The notes: generated by a model from the letters alone, not told the origin. A DNA stretch of 64,000 nt from Marinicella sp. (GCA_965230295.1 OZ246001.1:3648001-3712000), one strand, 5' to 3'; shown: positions 10,390 through 20,466, counted from the stretch's first letter. Translations and numbers: made by a program.

Positions 10390-11895
10390 ATGTTTTATTC
10401 TATTTCAAAGAAAAGTACCTTATTGATGGTACTGATGTTATTGGCATGTCAGCCACAAAAGTCAACTACACAACAAACCAAAACGGAATCAAAGACAGTA
10501 AATACGACTGCACAGGTGCCTGATTACGTGCCATTTCCAACGGGATATGGGTACATGGAAAATCTGACAGCTTTGCAACAAGCCACCGATTCAGGAGACA
10601 GCCAAGTGATTCGCGAACATGCATGGAGTTTGTGGGCTGGGATCATGCAGCCAGTAGACGGGTTGGGTTGGCCTATTTGGTATACCTGGCCAAACACAAA
10701 AGGTGCCTTTGCAACCAATGGGATGAAAACGAAAGTTAAGTCAACTTCTATTGAAAACAAGAAAGTTAAGAGCAAAAAAGCATCAAAACAAAATAAGTCT
10801 CTGCGTTCGGTCAACAAAATGAATTCACAATCTGGTCATGCACCGCCAGTTGATACTCCAGCTCCAATTTATAAAATTCCGGCACCCGTAATGGCACAGT
10901 ATCCATCTGCCATTTGTGACAGTGGTTCAAGCGGGAAAACAATTTGTGATGGTGGGCATTTCGTGAACAATGGCGACATCATGATTCCCACAGAGTCTTT
11001 AAGTCAAGAAGCCATGCAAGATATACGTGGCAACAAGTTGTATTTAAAATCCACGCTTGATGCAGCCTATGCAGCAGGAAAACCAATGATCGAAGTCACG
11101 GATCGTTTCATAGTCACCAAACACATGTACTGGCCAGTCAAAGCCAAAGGCATCACTGTTATTCCGGTGTGGAAAGACAACTACCCGGACAGCTATACCG
11201 GTTACGCTGGATATGAGTTTTGGGACACACTGGTGGCTTTGGAACCCAGTAATCCAGGTTCAGTAGGAACCTTGGTTGAAGGTGCCTTTTTGTACGGTGT
11301 TTTGGACCACTCAGGAACCCAGACATTACCAACAGTACGTGGCCAAGCAGAAGTGCACGCCATGGACAGTTTTTATCATCGACAAGTGAGTCAGGCTGAT
11401 TGGGACAGTTTTGATGATGCAGACAAAGCCATCATCACAGCTGCAAGTTACTGGGCCAATGGACAAGCATTCGCTGTTGGTGATTATTTGGTCACTGTGG
11501 CCATGCATGTGAACACCAAAGAATTGGAAAGCTGGACCCTACAAAGTGTTTGGTGGTCAGACACACCCAATACCGGTATCTATGCAGCTAATCGCCCGTC
11601 ATTGCCACAAGCACAAGGTCCATGGGATCATTACTTGTTGACCGATGCCTATGCGGTACCTGCCATCAACGGTCAACTTCAAAAAGCCGTCAATCCATAT
11701 ATTGAAGGCGTGATTCATCCTATTGCTACCAATTGCAGAAATTGTCATGTAAGGGCAGGGTGGCCACAAAGCAAAGCCAGCTACCAAAATCCCGGGTGCC
11801 CGGATTTATTAGAAGATTTAACCCCACAGAGCCCATGTTTACAGGGTATTACCCTGAGTGATTATTTATGGATCATCCCTGATCGAGCTCAGTAA
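10390..11895 (+). CDS. Lipoprotein with a single C-terminal CxxCH heme c motif (uncharacterised cytochrome c-like protein)
   Basis: Lipobox LLAC; NCRNCH near the C terminus. Confidence 0.65.
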   Translation: MFYSISKKSTLLMVLMLLACQPQKSTTQQTKTESKTVNTTAQVPDYVPFPTGYGYMENLTALQQATDSGDSQVIREHAWSLWAGIMQPVDGLGWPIWYTWPNTKGAFATNGMKTKVKSTSIENKKVKSKKASKQNKSLRSVNKMNSQSGHAPPVDTPAPIYKIPAPVMAQYPSAICDSGSSGKTICDGGHFVNNGDIMIPTESLSQEAMQDIRGNKLYLKSTLDAAYAAGKPMIEVTDRFIVTKHMYWPVKAKGITVIPVWKDNYPDSYTGYAGYEFWDTLVALEPSNPGSVGTLVEGAFLYGVLDHSGTQTLPTVRGQAEVHAMDSFYHRQVSQADWDSFDDADKAIITAASYWANGQAFAVGDYLVTVAMHVNTKELESWTLQSVWWSDTPNTGIYAANRPSLPQAQGPWDHYLLTDAYAVPAINGQLQKAVNPYIEGVIHPIATNCRNCHVRAGWPQSKASYQNPGCPDLLEDLTPQSPCLQGITLSDYLWIIPDRAQ

Positions 11896-11909
11896 AGAGT
11901 AGAGGTTTG

Positions 11910-11951
11910 TCAGCAAAATCCAGTTTGAAATTACGGGCTGGATTTTGCTGA
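11910..11951. terminator. Probable bidirectional intrinsic terminator
   Basis: 14 bp inverted repeat tcagcaaaatccag/ctggattttgctga between convergent genes. Confidence 0.75.
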
Positions 11952-11994
11952 GGCCAAATAATTTGATTGCAAAACCAATATTTTGACGAACATT

Positions 11995-12594
11995 CTACTT
12001 TGACCCCATTGACTTTCTTGCAGTTGCTTGTATTCTGGCAACTTCTGTCCAATTTTTCTCATCGTTACTAAATTCCATCTTCCATTTCCAACTATCTTTT
12101 GTTATTTGGAAATATGTAATCTTTTGTGTGAGTCCTGGTCTTTCCAAATCTTCACCTATCATGATCAACTCACCTTGATCATTTGAAGTTGCAATGTAAG
12201 AAGTGAAATTGGAATTATCATTAGAGGCCCAAATAATTTTCCATTTATTGGCTTTGTCATCATAAATACGAACATTTGTGCCAAATTGTCGCCTCTCACC
12301 TTGTTTAAGTACTGTAGACAAAGGTGGCTGGATCCATTCGTCCTGAATGGCATATCCGCCTAGAATATATCGGAAATTCCAATCCGCATCATCAATCGAT
12401 TGCCAACTGCCATCTTCTTGTCGAACCTGCTGCTTTATATGCCAATCACCGACCAATTGACCAAACTGGGCTATTCCTGGATGAACATTATCTGACTGCA
12501 TCATTGGTGGTTTTGACACACTACTTTGACACCCGGCTAAGCCAATTAATATTAATATAATTGTTAGATTTTTCACAATTTGCAAATTCTTCAT
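11995..12594 (-). CDS. DUF1579-like beta-barrel lipoprotein
   Basis: Lipobox LAGC; LVGDW, GGYAIQDEW, GTNVRIYD..ANKWKIIW, ITKDSWKW..S.D..NW motifs. Confidence 0.65.
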   Translation of the reverse strand: MKNLQIVKNLTIILILIGLAGCQSSVSKPPMMQSDNVHPGIAQFGQLVGDWHIKQQVRQEDGSWQSIDDADWNFRYILGGYAIQDEWIQPPLSTVLKQGERRQFGTNVRIYDDKANKWKIIWASNDNSNFTSYIATSNDQGELIMIGEDLERPGLTQKITYFQITKDSWKWKMEFSNDEKNWTEVARIQATARKSMGSK

Positions 12595-12606
12595 ATTTTT
12601 CTCTAA

Positions 12607-13209
12607 TTAAAAATGAGATCGTTTAGCAATAGGGATGATGATTTCAATAACTGGATTTTTTAAATTACTCTCAAGTTCGTTTAATGGAAATCGCACCATT
12701 GTTGGTTTGGTTTGAACATATCCGTTGAGATCTATCCAAGCCAGCAGCTTTTTGCCATCTCGTGGAGTTTCTAATACATTTGAAGGCAGTTTAGCAATCA
12801 ACGATTTCTCTATATTTCGAGTCAGTAGGCCAGAATTTATTTGCTTATGTGTAGGTAATTCAAAACCTATTTGCCATTTCAATTCTGATTCGGCAACCAA
12901 ATCCGGATCGTCAGGGTATACTGCAAATATAGCTGGAGAATTGGCTTCTTTAGCAACAGTAAGAAGATAATTAATCATCTCTGTGTGTTGTGAATAGCTT
13001 CCCCGCATTTCTTTATACTCATATTTTACGGGTTGAGAAGTAATAATGGAGACAACAGGTGGAAACTCCTCCATGAGATTTTCATAGGGTGATTCAGACT
13101 CAATTCGTTTATTTTTATTAGAATCCAATGAGCCACTACTGAAATTGGTACATCCGGTCAATAAAGCAAAGGCAAATAGAGTTGCTTTTCGAAATACTAA
13201 AAAAAACAT
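12607..13209 (-). CDS. GyrI-like small-molecule-binding lipoprotein
   Basis: Lipobox LTGC; RGSY, YPDDP....ESEL.WQIG, WIDLNGY and EIIIPI match the GyrI-like fold. Confidence 0.7.
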   Translation of the reverse strand: MFFLVFRKATLFAFALLTGCTNFSSGSLDSNKNKRIESESPYENLMEEFPPVVSIITSQPVKYEYKEMRGSYSQHTEMINYLLTVAKEANSPAIFAVYPDDPDLVAESELKWQIGFELPTHKQINSGLLTRNIEKSLIAKLPSNVLETPRDGKKLLAWIDLNGYVQTKPTMVRFPLNELESNLKNPVIEIIIPIAKRSHF

Positions 13210-13211
13210 TT

Positions 13212-13673
13212 CTACTTTGTTCCTTCAATCACTCTTTTTAGATTTGGTAAGACAAACGACTTCCAGCCACCTGCAAGCGCATCGCGGATTTGACGAATCA
13301 CGCTTACATCAAATTTGTCCCATCCCTCGTGAACCAATGTTACTTCTGTTTGGCTATCTAAAGGTTCGACTAGTATATGAACGGTAGTTGCTGGAGTATC
13401 GGGAAGATACCAGCTAAACGAGAATTGATTTGGTGCATCCAGAGTAAGGATTTCACAATGAGTGGCTCCTTCAATATCGTTGTTAATGCGTTTCGATTCG
13501 TCTTGCTGCATGTAAAAGACATGGCCAATGGATTTCTCATACTGCATACACCCAAGCCACTGAGAAACATATTCTGGCTCAGTCAGAAAAGTCCAGACAC
13601 GATTTGGGTTGGCGTTAATTATTATTGAATGTTTAATAGTCAATGGTTTATCAGTCAATGGAATTCTCCTCAA
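13212..13673 (-). CDS. SRPBCC/AHSA1-like domain protein
   Basis: INANPNRVWTFLTEPE..SQW, FSFSW, TEVTLVH.GW, GGW motifs; follows an ArsR gene. Confidence 0.88.
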   Translation of the reverse strand: MRRIPLTDKPLTIKHSIIINANPNRVWTFLTEPEYVSQWLGCMQYEKSIGHVFYMQQDESKRINNDIEGATHCEILTLDAPNQFSFSWYLPDTPATTVHILVEPLDSQTEVTLVHEGWDKFDVSVIRQIRDALAGGWKSFVLPNLKRVIEGTK

Positions 13674-13971
13674 TTAAGGTTTTTAATTTAGTAAGGCGCT
13701 GAGCCCATATCGAGTTGAGCCAATCTTCAACTTCACGCAAAATTGATGTCTTAAGATAGTAGAGATTTTCACGACCACCCTCAGGTGCTTCAATGAAACC
13801 TGCTTTTTTAAGTATCCGCAAGTGACGAGAAATCGCGGGCCTAGAAACATCGAACTTCTTTGCGATCTTATGTACTGGGAGCGGCTTATTTGCCAAAGCG
13901 CGAATAATGCTACGCCTTGTTCCATCTGAAAGGGCTCTAAAAACTAAATCTTCATTATTATTGGTAAGCAT
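13651..13971 (-). CDS. ArsR/SmtB family transcriptional regulator
   Basis: VFRALSDGTRRSII and VSRPAISRHLRILKKAG. ATG 13971 is preferred over the 14034 start. Confidence 0.9.
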   Translation of the reverse strand: MLTNNNEDLVFRALSDGTRRSIIRALANKPLPVHKIAKKFDVSRPAISRHLRILKKAGFIEAPEGGRENLYYLKTSILREVEDWLNSIWAQRLTKLKTLIEENSID

Positions 13972-14024
13972 ATTGTTACCAATATAATTCTTTAAATAGC
14001 TATATACAAGAAATATTTTAAATA

Positions 14025-14046
14025 TACGTAACAATTATGTTACTTA
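14025..14046. promoter_or_regulatory. Putative ArsR operator, GTAAC-N6-GTTAC
   Basis: Imperfect palindrome tacGTAACaattatGTTACtta about 55-75 bp upstream of arsR. Confidence 0.6.
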
Positions 14047-14326
14047 TTAAGTGAGATTTATTCATCTGAATTTTTGTTTTCATTTTTTTAGTAATAGGAA
14101 CTTACCAGCTTAACTAACAAATTTAGATCAACCACTTAATAAGACATACAATTTAAGTTGCTGTTACAAAACAAGTATTTCTGGCCATTCAACAACTCTG
14201 ACTGCAGTGTGTGGGATGTTTGTCAAAGATTAGTTAGATTATTCCTTCAAGACCTCTGTCTCTGATCAATTGTTTAACTTATACTGTCAGTCATTCGAGT
14301 GAAAATGAATTAAGGAAAACATATCA

Positions 14327-14710
14327 ATGAAAAAAAATGACCATAAAACTTTTGGGTTGTACTACACCTCCATTGACCAAAATGAAAAAATCACAACCCA
14401 TCACATACCATATGATGACCAATCAAACAGCATTCCCGGGTATATTTACACGGTCATGTTCTATGACGAAAATGGAGATAAAAACACATTCCCCGTAGGA
14501 GCGATTTTTAAATCTACCCATGACAATGCCAATGCTGATTTTTTCAAATCAGTCACTGAATTTATGCAAAACTATCCTGACGTCATCAAGTTGATGCCCC
14601 AAAACACGTCAGCCAGATTCACCAAAACAGAGAACTTGATTACTGGCGAAGTGAATGCCAAAGAGTGTGAACAAATTATCATCGATGCGATATTAAGGTT
14701 AACTCAATAG
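14327..14710 (+). CDS. Hypothetical protein
   Basis: 127 aa ORF with AAGGA RBS; no family recognised. Confidence 0.6.
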   Translation: MKKNDHKTFGLYYTSIDQNEKITTHHIPYDDQSNSIPGYIYTVMFYDENGDKNTFPVGAIFKSTHDNANADFFKSVTEFMQNYPDVIKLMPQNTSARFTKTENLITGEVNAKECEQIIIDAILRLTQ

Positions 14711-14840
14711 GCATTAAGCGGACTTGACAAGAGGATCAGAATTGCTTGGAATACCAAATCACCTCTTAATGAGCCCCTTTAATTGGCCACATGGTGCTGG
14801 TGCAATGTTATCTGTTGGCATTTTCCATATATTCTAAGAA

Positions 14841-16601
14841 CTAACCATCCTGCAGAGGACATCCTTTGGCGACTTGAATGCCTTTGTTTTCAGGTTGATC
14901 TAACAGTGCTTTGATCGCCGGGGCATTCCAATTATCAGGTGCCAACAGTAACATGCAACGATAGCTTGATAGGCGTTCTCTGATATGGCCTGCAGCTCTT
15001 TGTGCGCCTGCCAGGTTGTACCATACATTCCATATATAGGGATGTATTTCAGTGTTAAGAAGACAAGTTTCCAGAGCTCCTTGATAATCTTCAATTTTTT
15101 GTAAGTAATCACACACTTGTCTGAGCTCAAACTCTGTTGGAGGAGACCACCATTTAATGGCTGAAAACTTATTTTGCCTGTCGTGATAAGCCGCTCTTGC
15201 GGCTGCACCGCCTTGTTGCCTTGCTATCACGGTTAGGCTTCTCATTTCTTGTCCCTTGAGTATCATATCTAGTGCCGGATCCTGTCCAGTGGCATAATCA
15301 TCAGAGCTGATTACAGCAGGGATGTCGATGCTTAGCGATTCAGCCAGGTCTCCCCAATGTGTTAACTGCAAATACCTGCTCGAGACATATAGATTTGTGC
15401 CGCTGTCAGTATAAGCCTTAGATACTGATTCACTGAAGTGGTTGGGACCCGTTGCCGTGGGTTCGCCAATGATTGTGACTGGCACATTGGCTTTTAATTC
15501 ATGGGCCAATATCAATCCAGCCCCTGCTGTTTTGCGTCCCACTATGATGTACATGCGTTGCCAGGGTGGAACATCCAACCGTTTGATGAGTGCATGAATC
15601 AGGGTATATATTTTGCTGCTATCACCGCCAAAATTCCACCGTAAATCTATCATTAAATGTTTTGGCTTGACTTGATCCAATTCTGCCAATGTAGCTTCAA
15701 AAAAAGTCACAAAATCCGTATCTGATACATATTGAGCACGGATGTAATAGGCGTCTTGCTCAGGCAATGATATGGAGGAAAATGGTGCATTGTCAGACAT
15801 ATGCAATGGCCGGGATAGGCTGGGTTTTTCAAATTCGCTGGATTTAAGGTCATTGTATGCACTGACCCAATCAGTTTTATTATCAATAGGTAAGCCATCT
15901 GTGACAGGGAGGTATTGCCAATTGAAACTTGAGTCATTGGCGTTGAAATTTGTCCGGTTGAAGGCTTTAGCTGACAGGGTTTGCTCTACAGTTTTGCCAG
16001 TTTTTAGTTTCAATGTCATTTTCAATTTGCCTGCTGAAGTGGTAAAACCCAATCCGTTCATTAACATGGCATTGTGTACAGGCCACAGTTTTTCATCTTG
16101 TGCATAACTGTTATCACTCGCCAGCAAAGAATTGACCTGTTGCATCACATGTTCAACAGGTTTTCCGGCGATGGACAATACTTGAGCCCCTGACAGTTGT
16201 TTCAATGAATGGTGCACGGCAGCCAGAAAATAACCATCGCTGAACTTATAGAATCTGACGGGGTACCACAATGCAAATTCAGTGTCTGCTGGTTCCAAAT
16301 AGGTGCTGCCATCTTCTAATGACGCAACCAATTGCATGGTTTTAACCATTCGCTGTGGCTGGCTAAGCTGTGGCATGGTCTTTTTCAATTGCTGCGCCTT
16401 CTTTAGGAACTTGGTTTTGCCGATGGCGAAAAAAGGGTTCGGATGCATCAGTTGAATGTCATTGACTATTTGATCAATGTCTTGCTGCCAACTGATCGCT
16501 GAACGTTCTTGGTCATTGGCTTTTAGCATAGGTGCGTTAAAGACCAAAATCATCAAGGCACAGTATTTATACCATGGGTTATTAAAGTTTATAATTCGCA
16601 T
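14841..16601 (-). CDS. Secreted S41-peptidase-like protein with C-terminal TPR-like region (possibly catalytically degenerate)
   Basis: Signal peptide; HPNPF, IDLRWNFGG and IIGEPT motifs; GRKTAGAG where GRxTFSAA is usual; C-terminal LNTEIHP..WNVWYNL. Confidence 0.75.
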   Translation of the reverse strand: MRIINFNNPWYKYCALMILVFNAPMLKANDQERSAISWQQDIDQIVNDIQLMHPNPFFAIGKTKFLKKAQQLKKTMPQLSQPQRMVKTMQLVASLEDGSTYLEPADTEFALWYPVRFYKFSDGYFLAAVHHSLKQLSGAQVLSIAGKPVEHVMQQVNSLLASDNSYAQDEKLWPVHNAMLMNGLGFTTSAGKLKMTLKLKTGKTVEQTLSAKAFNRTNFNANDSSFNWQYLPVTDGLPIDNKTDWVSAYNDLKSSEFEKPSLSRPLHMSDNAPFSSISLPEQDAYYIRAQYVSDTDFVTFFEATLAELDQVKPKHLMIDLRWNFGGDSSKIYTLIHALIKRLDVPPWQRMYIIVGRKTAGAGLILAHELKANVPVTIIGEPTATGPNHFSESVSKAYTDSGTNLYVSSRYLQLTHWGDLAESLSIDIPAVISSDDYATGQDPALDMILKGQEMRSLTVIARQQGGAAARAAYHDRQNKFSAIKWWSPPTEFELRQVCDYLQKIEDYQGALETCLLNTEIHPYIWNVWYNLAGAQRAAGHIRERLSSYRCMLLLAPDNWNAPAIKALLDQPENKGIQVAKGCPLQDG

Positions 16602-16647
16602 GATTGTCTCCTCTTATTTAGCATCAAACATTTGTCTGAATTACATA

Positions 16648-16678
16648 GGTAACTGACGACAGTCGAGAAAGTAACTGA
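16648..16678 (-). promoter_or_regulatory. Putative LytTR direct-repeat box (TCAGTTAC x2, 22 bp period)
   Basis: GTAACTGA at 16649 and 16671, upstream of the S41-like gene and divergent from a LytTR gene. Confidence 0.65.
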
Positions 16679-16806
16679 ACTTGGTGAAATTCAGTGCTGA
16701 AGCAGCATAAAGAGAACCTGATCAACAACATGATCTTGAATACCGAGACAATGCCAATTGCATCGATTTTTTATCATAAAGTGATATCATATAAATTAAC
16801 ATCAAC

Positions 16807-17586
16807 ATGATTGGACCAATGGTTTCACTTTTCAGAAAAAAACATAATTTCAAATGGCTGTTGTTCTTGTTGTTCATGGCATTGTCAATTGGCATATACT
16901 TCAGAGAAGTGACCAACAACCCGAAAATTCACTTCTTGGCGGTGGTTTTCTGGCAATTTATTTTGTGGGTGCCTTGGCTATTCATTGAAGGTTTTATCAA
17001 GAAGGTTAGAAGGAAAACCAAAAACCGTCTTTTGATTTATCCCACCTGCCTCTTCATGTTGGGTTTGCATATCCTGTTTTTTGTTTTGTACAGCAGTTAC
17101 CTCAGTCCTTATGTGGGTGCAGTTAACAGCAAATATGGCGTTTATCCCTATTTTTTCATTTTCTGGTCCAGCATAGATTTGATTTTACTTTGGGTGGTCT
17201 GTAATCAACCTGGCTCAGTTCAATCATCAGCGCAACTTCCCTTGAAGCCAAATAAATACATCATCAAAGAGGGTTCCAACCAAGTTATCTTATCTACAGC
17301 AGACATGATCAAAATCACTGCTGAAGATTACTATGTAAGAATACACAGCACACAAGGTGAGTACTTGCAGCGCATTTCATTGAAAGAGTTGGGTAAACAA
17401 CTGCCTGACAATGAATTTGTTCGCATCCATCGATCCACAATTGTCAACCTCAATCACATCAAACAAATCATCAGGCAAAGCAAAAAAGGCACATTTGTAG
17501 AATTGTTGGATGGGAGTGTAAACAAGGTCAGCAAAAGTCAGAGTATGGCATTTCAATCAAAGTTGCACCACTCACTGCACATATAA
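16807..17586 (+). CDS. Membrane-anchored LytTR DNA-binding regulator (one-component)
   Basis: About 4 N-terminal TM helices; C-terminal AEDYYV and FVRIHRSTIVNL. Confidence 0.88.
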   Translation: MIGPMVSLFRKKHNFKWLLFLLFMALSIGIYFREVTNNPKIHFLAVVFWQFILWVPWLFIEGFIKKVRRKTKNRLLIYPTCLFMLGLHILFFVLYSSYLSPYVGAVNSKYGVYPYFFIFWSSIDLILLWVVCNQPGSVQSSAQLPLKPNKYIIKEGSNQVILSTADMIKITAEDYYVRIHSTQGEYLQRISLKELGKQLPDNEFVRIHRSTIVNLNHIKQIIRQSKKGTFVELLDGSVNKVSKSQSMAFQSKLHHSLHI

Positions 17587-17684
17587 GTCATTTCACTGAT
17601 TATCGCTTTGATTTTAGAAATAGCACTTGATGTCTGTCCCCAGGCGATTTCTATAATGTGCATTCTCAAATCTGTTCACTGCAC

Positions 17685-18584
17685 ATGAAAAAAATAACAC
17701 CATTGCTATTAATCAGCACCTGTATATGGGCCAATGAATTACCAGGTATTGATCAACAGGCAAAAAACTTAACAGCCATTCAAAAGTCCTACCCGTCTAT
17801 TTCACCAGATGGTAACCAAGTGGTATATCAGACAAACCAATTTGGCCATTGGCAGCTAATGACCATGAATATAGATGGCACTGACATCAAGCGATTAACT
17901 TACAATGAAAATGATGACATCCAGCCTGTGTGGTCGCCAGATGGGAGGCACATCCTGTTCGTTTCTAACAGGTCCGGAAATGAAGATATTTTCATGTTGA
18001 ACACAGAATCAAACACAACAACACAATTGACCAATGATCCAGGCAGAGACATTCATCCCGTTTGGCACCCAAGTCTGGACCAGGTGATCTTCAATACAAA
18101 CCGGGATGATGGAGAGACATTTGAGTTGTACACCATGGACTTAAAAGACCAATCGTTGAATCGACTGACTGACAACAATCAGTCAGACACTTATGCTTCA
18201 TGGTCACCTGATGGAAAACGCATCGCATTTGTGCGCTGGACTGAATCCCCGGATGACAGCGGTAATATTTATGTGTTAACTGCCGATTTAAAAAAGCTTA
18301 CACAGGTGACTAAACACAGCGCTTTCGATGGTTGGCCCGTTTGGTTAGACAATGAAACCCTGGTGTTTTCTTCTTACAGGACAACGCCCAATCAATTGTT
18401 TAAAACCAAAGTAGATGGCAGTGAGTTGATTCAGCTCACCTTCAACGATGAAGCCAATGCACGGGCTCACGTCAGAGGCCCGCACATGGTCTATAACGGT
18501 GCAAAAGACGGTGTCATGCATATCTATCGAGTGGATAGCAATGAAATCAATACCAGGCATAAAATAAACAGCAGTGGTGATTGA
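17685..18584 (+). CDS. Secreted TolB-like PD40 beta-propeller protein
   Basis: Signal peptide and repeated P.WSPDG..I.F.S.R motifs. Confidence 0.85.
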   Translation: MKKITPLLLISTCIWANELPGIDQQAKNLTAIQKSYPSISPDGNQVVYQTNQFGHWQLMTMNIDGTDIKRLTYNENDDIQPVWSPDGRHILFVSNRSGNEDIFMLNTESNTTTQLTNDPGRDIHPVWHPSLDQVIFNTNRDDGETFELYTMDLKDQSLNRLTDNNQSDTYASWSPDGKRIAFVRWTESPDDSGNIYVLTADLKKLTQVTKHSAFDGWPVWLDNETLVFSSYRTTPNQLFKTKVDGSELIQLTFNDEANARAHVRGPHMVYNGAKDGVMHIYRVDSNEINTRHKINSSGD

Positions 18585-18903
18585 TTGTATCCTTGCACAC
18601 AAGCTCAAAATATAGACTACTCAAAGGTCAAAGAATTGCGGGTGTGTGGATAATGATGGTTGCACTTCGTTGTCCGTGTTTATTTTGATGTATTCCAGGA
18701 CATTGAAATAATTTCCAGACAAAATTAATCACCTGATTTCTTGTGCGCCTAAAATTAGTTTGAACCAATAAAGCTCTGATTTAACAGGCATACTGAATAA
18801 CACTTCTTGAACTTTTTTGCATTTTAATAAAGTCCAAATGAGAGCTTTTGTCTCAACTTGACACTTATCCAACACATCAATTGATTAATTAAGGAGAACT
18901 GTC

Positions 18904-20112
18904 ATGTCCAAAAGATATCTGATTACCTACAAAGAACAGAAAATAAATACCAAAACAGCCTCAAATTTGCTTGAGATGAGTGAGCAGGATTTTGATGCTG
19001 GCATCGGCATGTTGGCTGAAGGTCGCATGCAAGAAGACACACCAGTGCATCTGGATAAACTGAGCATCAGCGTGGTTTCACTTGAGGAAAGTGAGGTGAA
19101 GAAACTGTCTGCAAAGGACGAGATATTGGCCATTGAGGAAGATGTTGAAGTACGAATCCTTGGGTTTGAGTCTGAAAATGAGGAGGAAGAAAACCAACGG
19201 GTATTGGCCCATTTAAAAGAAGGAGAGTTGGCTGAACAAGTGTTGTGGAACATCGAACATGTGAAAGCGCCCGATGCATGGGCCGAAGGCATAGACGGTA
19301 GTGGCATTAACCTGGCGATACTTGATACCGGCATCGCTGCCCATCCTGACCTTGTCATCACGGGAGGAACTTCATTTGTGTCTGATGTGACGAACCCCAG
19401 CTACGATGACCAAAATGGGCATGGCACCCATTGTGCTGGCATTGCAGCTGGGAGAAGGGGGCTTAATGGTGTCTATGGCGTGGCCAAAAACTGCAACCTT
19501 TTTGCCGTCAAAGTATTGAACCAACATGGTAGTGGTAGCTTCTCAAGCATATTTGCTGGCATGAACTGGTGTATTGAAAATGAAATTCATGTGGCCAGCA
19601 TGAGTCTGGGGGCCAACTCGGTCCCGTCAGTGGCCGCTGCAAATGCGGTGAAAAACTGCCAAGACAATGGTGTCACTGTGGTGGTTGCTGCCGGCAATTC
19701 ATACCAATCAGCATTCCCATGGGTTGGCACCCCAGCCAACTCTTATATGCAGGGTGATGTGGCAGCCAGTCCAATTGCTGTGGCAGCCGTTGACAGAAAC
19801 AACCAAGTGGCACCCTTTTCATCCAGAGGAGCGCAACACAATGATCCTCGCTGGAATCAGGTCAATGTATCAGCACCTGGGGTCAACATTTACTCCACGT
19901 ACTTGAATAATGGCTACAAAGTGTTAAGTGGCACCAGCATGGCCTGTCCGCATGTGGCTGGGATGGCCGCACTGATTTATCAAAAACACAGTGGTCATGT
20001 TTCACCGCATACAGTCAAGCAGAAAATTCTGAATACCGCGCATAATCTCGGCCCCGCACCATACCCCAATGAGGCCTATGGTTTTGGACTGATTGACTGC
20101 AGTGGACTATAA
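18904..20112 (+). CDS. S8 subtilisin-like serine peptidase with N-terminal propeptide and no obvious signal peptide
   Basis: Catalytic triad motifs LDTG, HGTHCAG and GTSMACPH; oxyanion AAGN; AAGGAG RBS. Confidence 0.95.
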   Translation: MSKRYLITYKEQKINTKTASNLLEMSEQDFDAGIGMLAEGRMQEDTPVHLDKLSISVVSLEESEVKKLSAKDEILAIEEDVEVRILGFESENEEEENQRVLAHLKEGELAEQVLWNIEHVKAPDAWAEGIDGSGINLAILDTGIAAHPDLVITGGTSFVSDVTNPSYDDQNGHGTHCAGIAAGRRGLNGVYGVAKNCNLFAVKVLNQHGSGSFSSIFAGMNWCIENEIHVASMSLGANSVPSVAAANAVKNCQDNGVTVVVAAGNSYQSAFPWVGTPANSYMQGDVAASPIAVAAVDRNNQVAPFSSRGAQHNDPRWNQVNVSAPGVNIYSTYLNNGYKVLSGTSMACPHVAGMAALIYQKHSGHVSPHTVKQKILNTAHNLGPAPYPNEAYGFGLIDCSGL

Positions 20113-20223
20113 AAACAAGGAAACAGTGGTTGGGTTTACTGAATGGTTTTTAATGTAAACAGTTGACTTCAATTCGTTTATCATACATAAACCAGCAAGC
20201 AAACCCAACCAAGGTTAAGCAAC

Positions 20224-20466
20224 ATGAAAAACAAAAAAATTGATGCAAAACTAAAGGACAGGGCACTCGAATGTCCTGAAAAAGCGTTCAATGTCATCAT
20301 TGTATATGATGACAACTTATCGCCTGAAATATTTGACAGAATGGATTGCCGAAGGCTTATGCAAAACATCGCATCATGTTACATCACAGGACAGCAGATC
20401 ATGGAACTGGTCAAACAAGAAAAAATACACTTCATAGAAGAAGACATCAGCATCAGTACTTTGTAA
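20224..20466 (+). CDS. Small protein resembling a stand-alone subtilase propeptide (I9-inhibitor-like)
   Basis: C terminus IMELVKQEKIHFIEEDISISTL parallels the upstream propeptide VKKLSAKDEILAIEEDVEVRIL. Confidence 0.6.
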   Translation: MKNKKIDAKLKDRALECPEKAFNVIIVYDDNLSPEIFDRMDCRRLMQNIASCYITGQQIMELVKQEKIHFIEEDISISTL

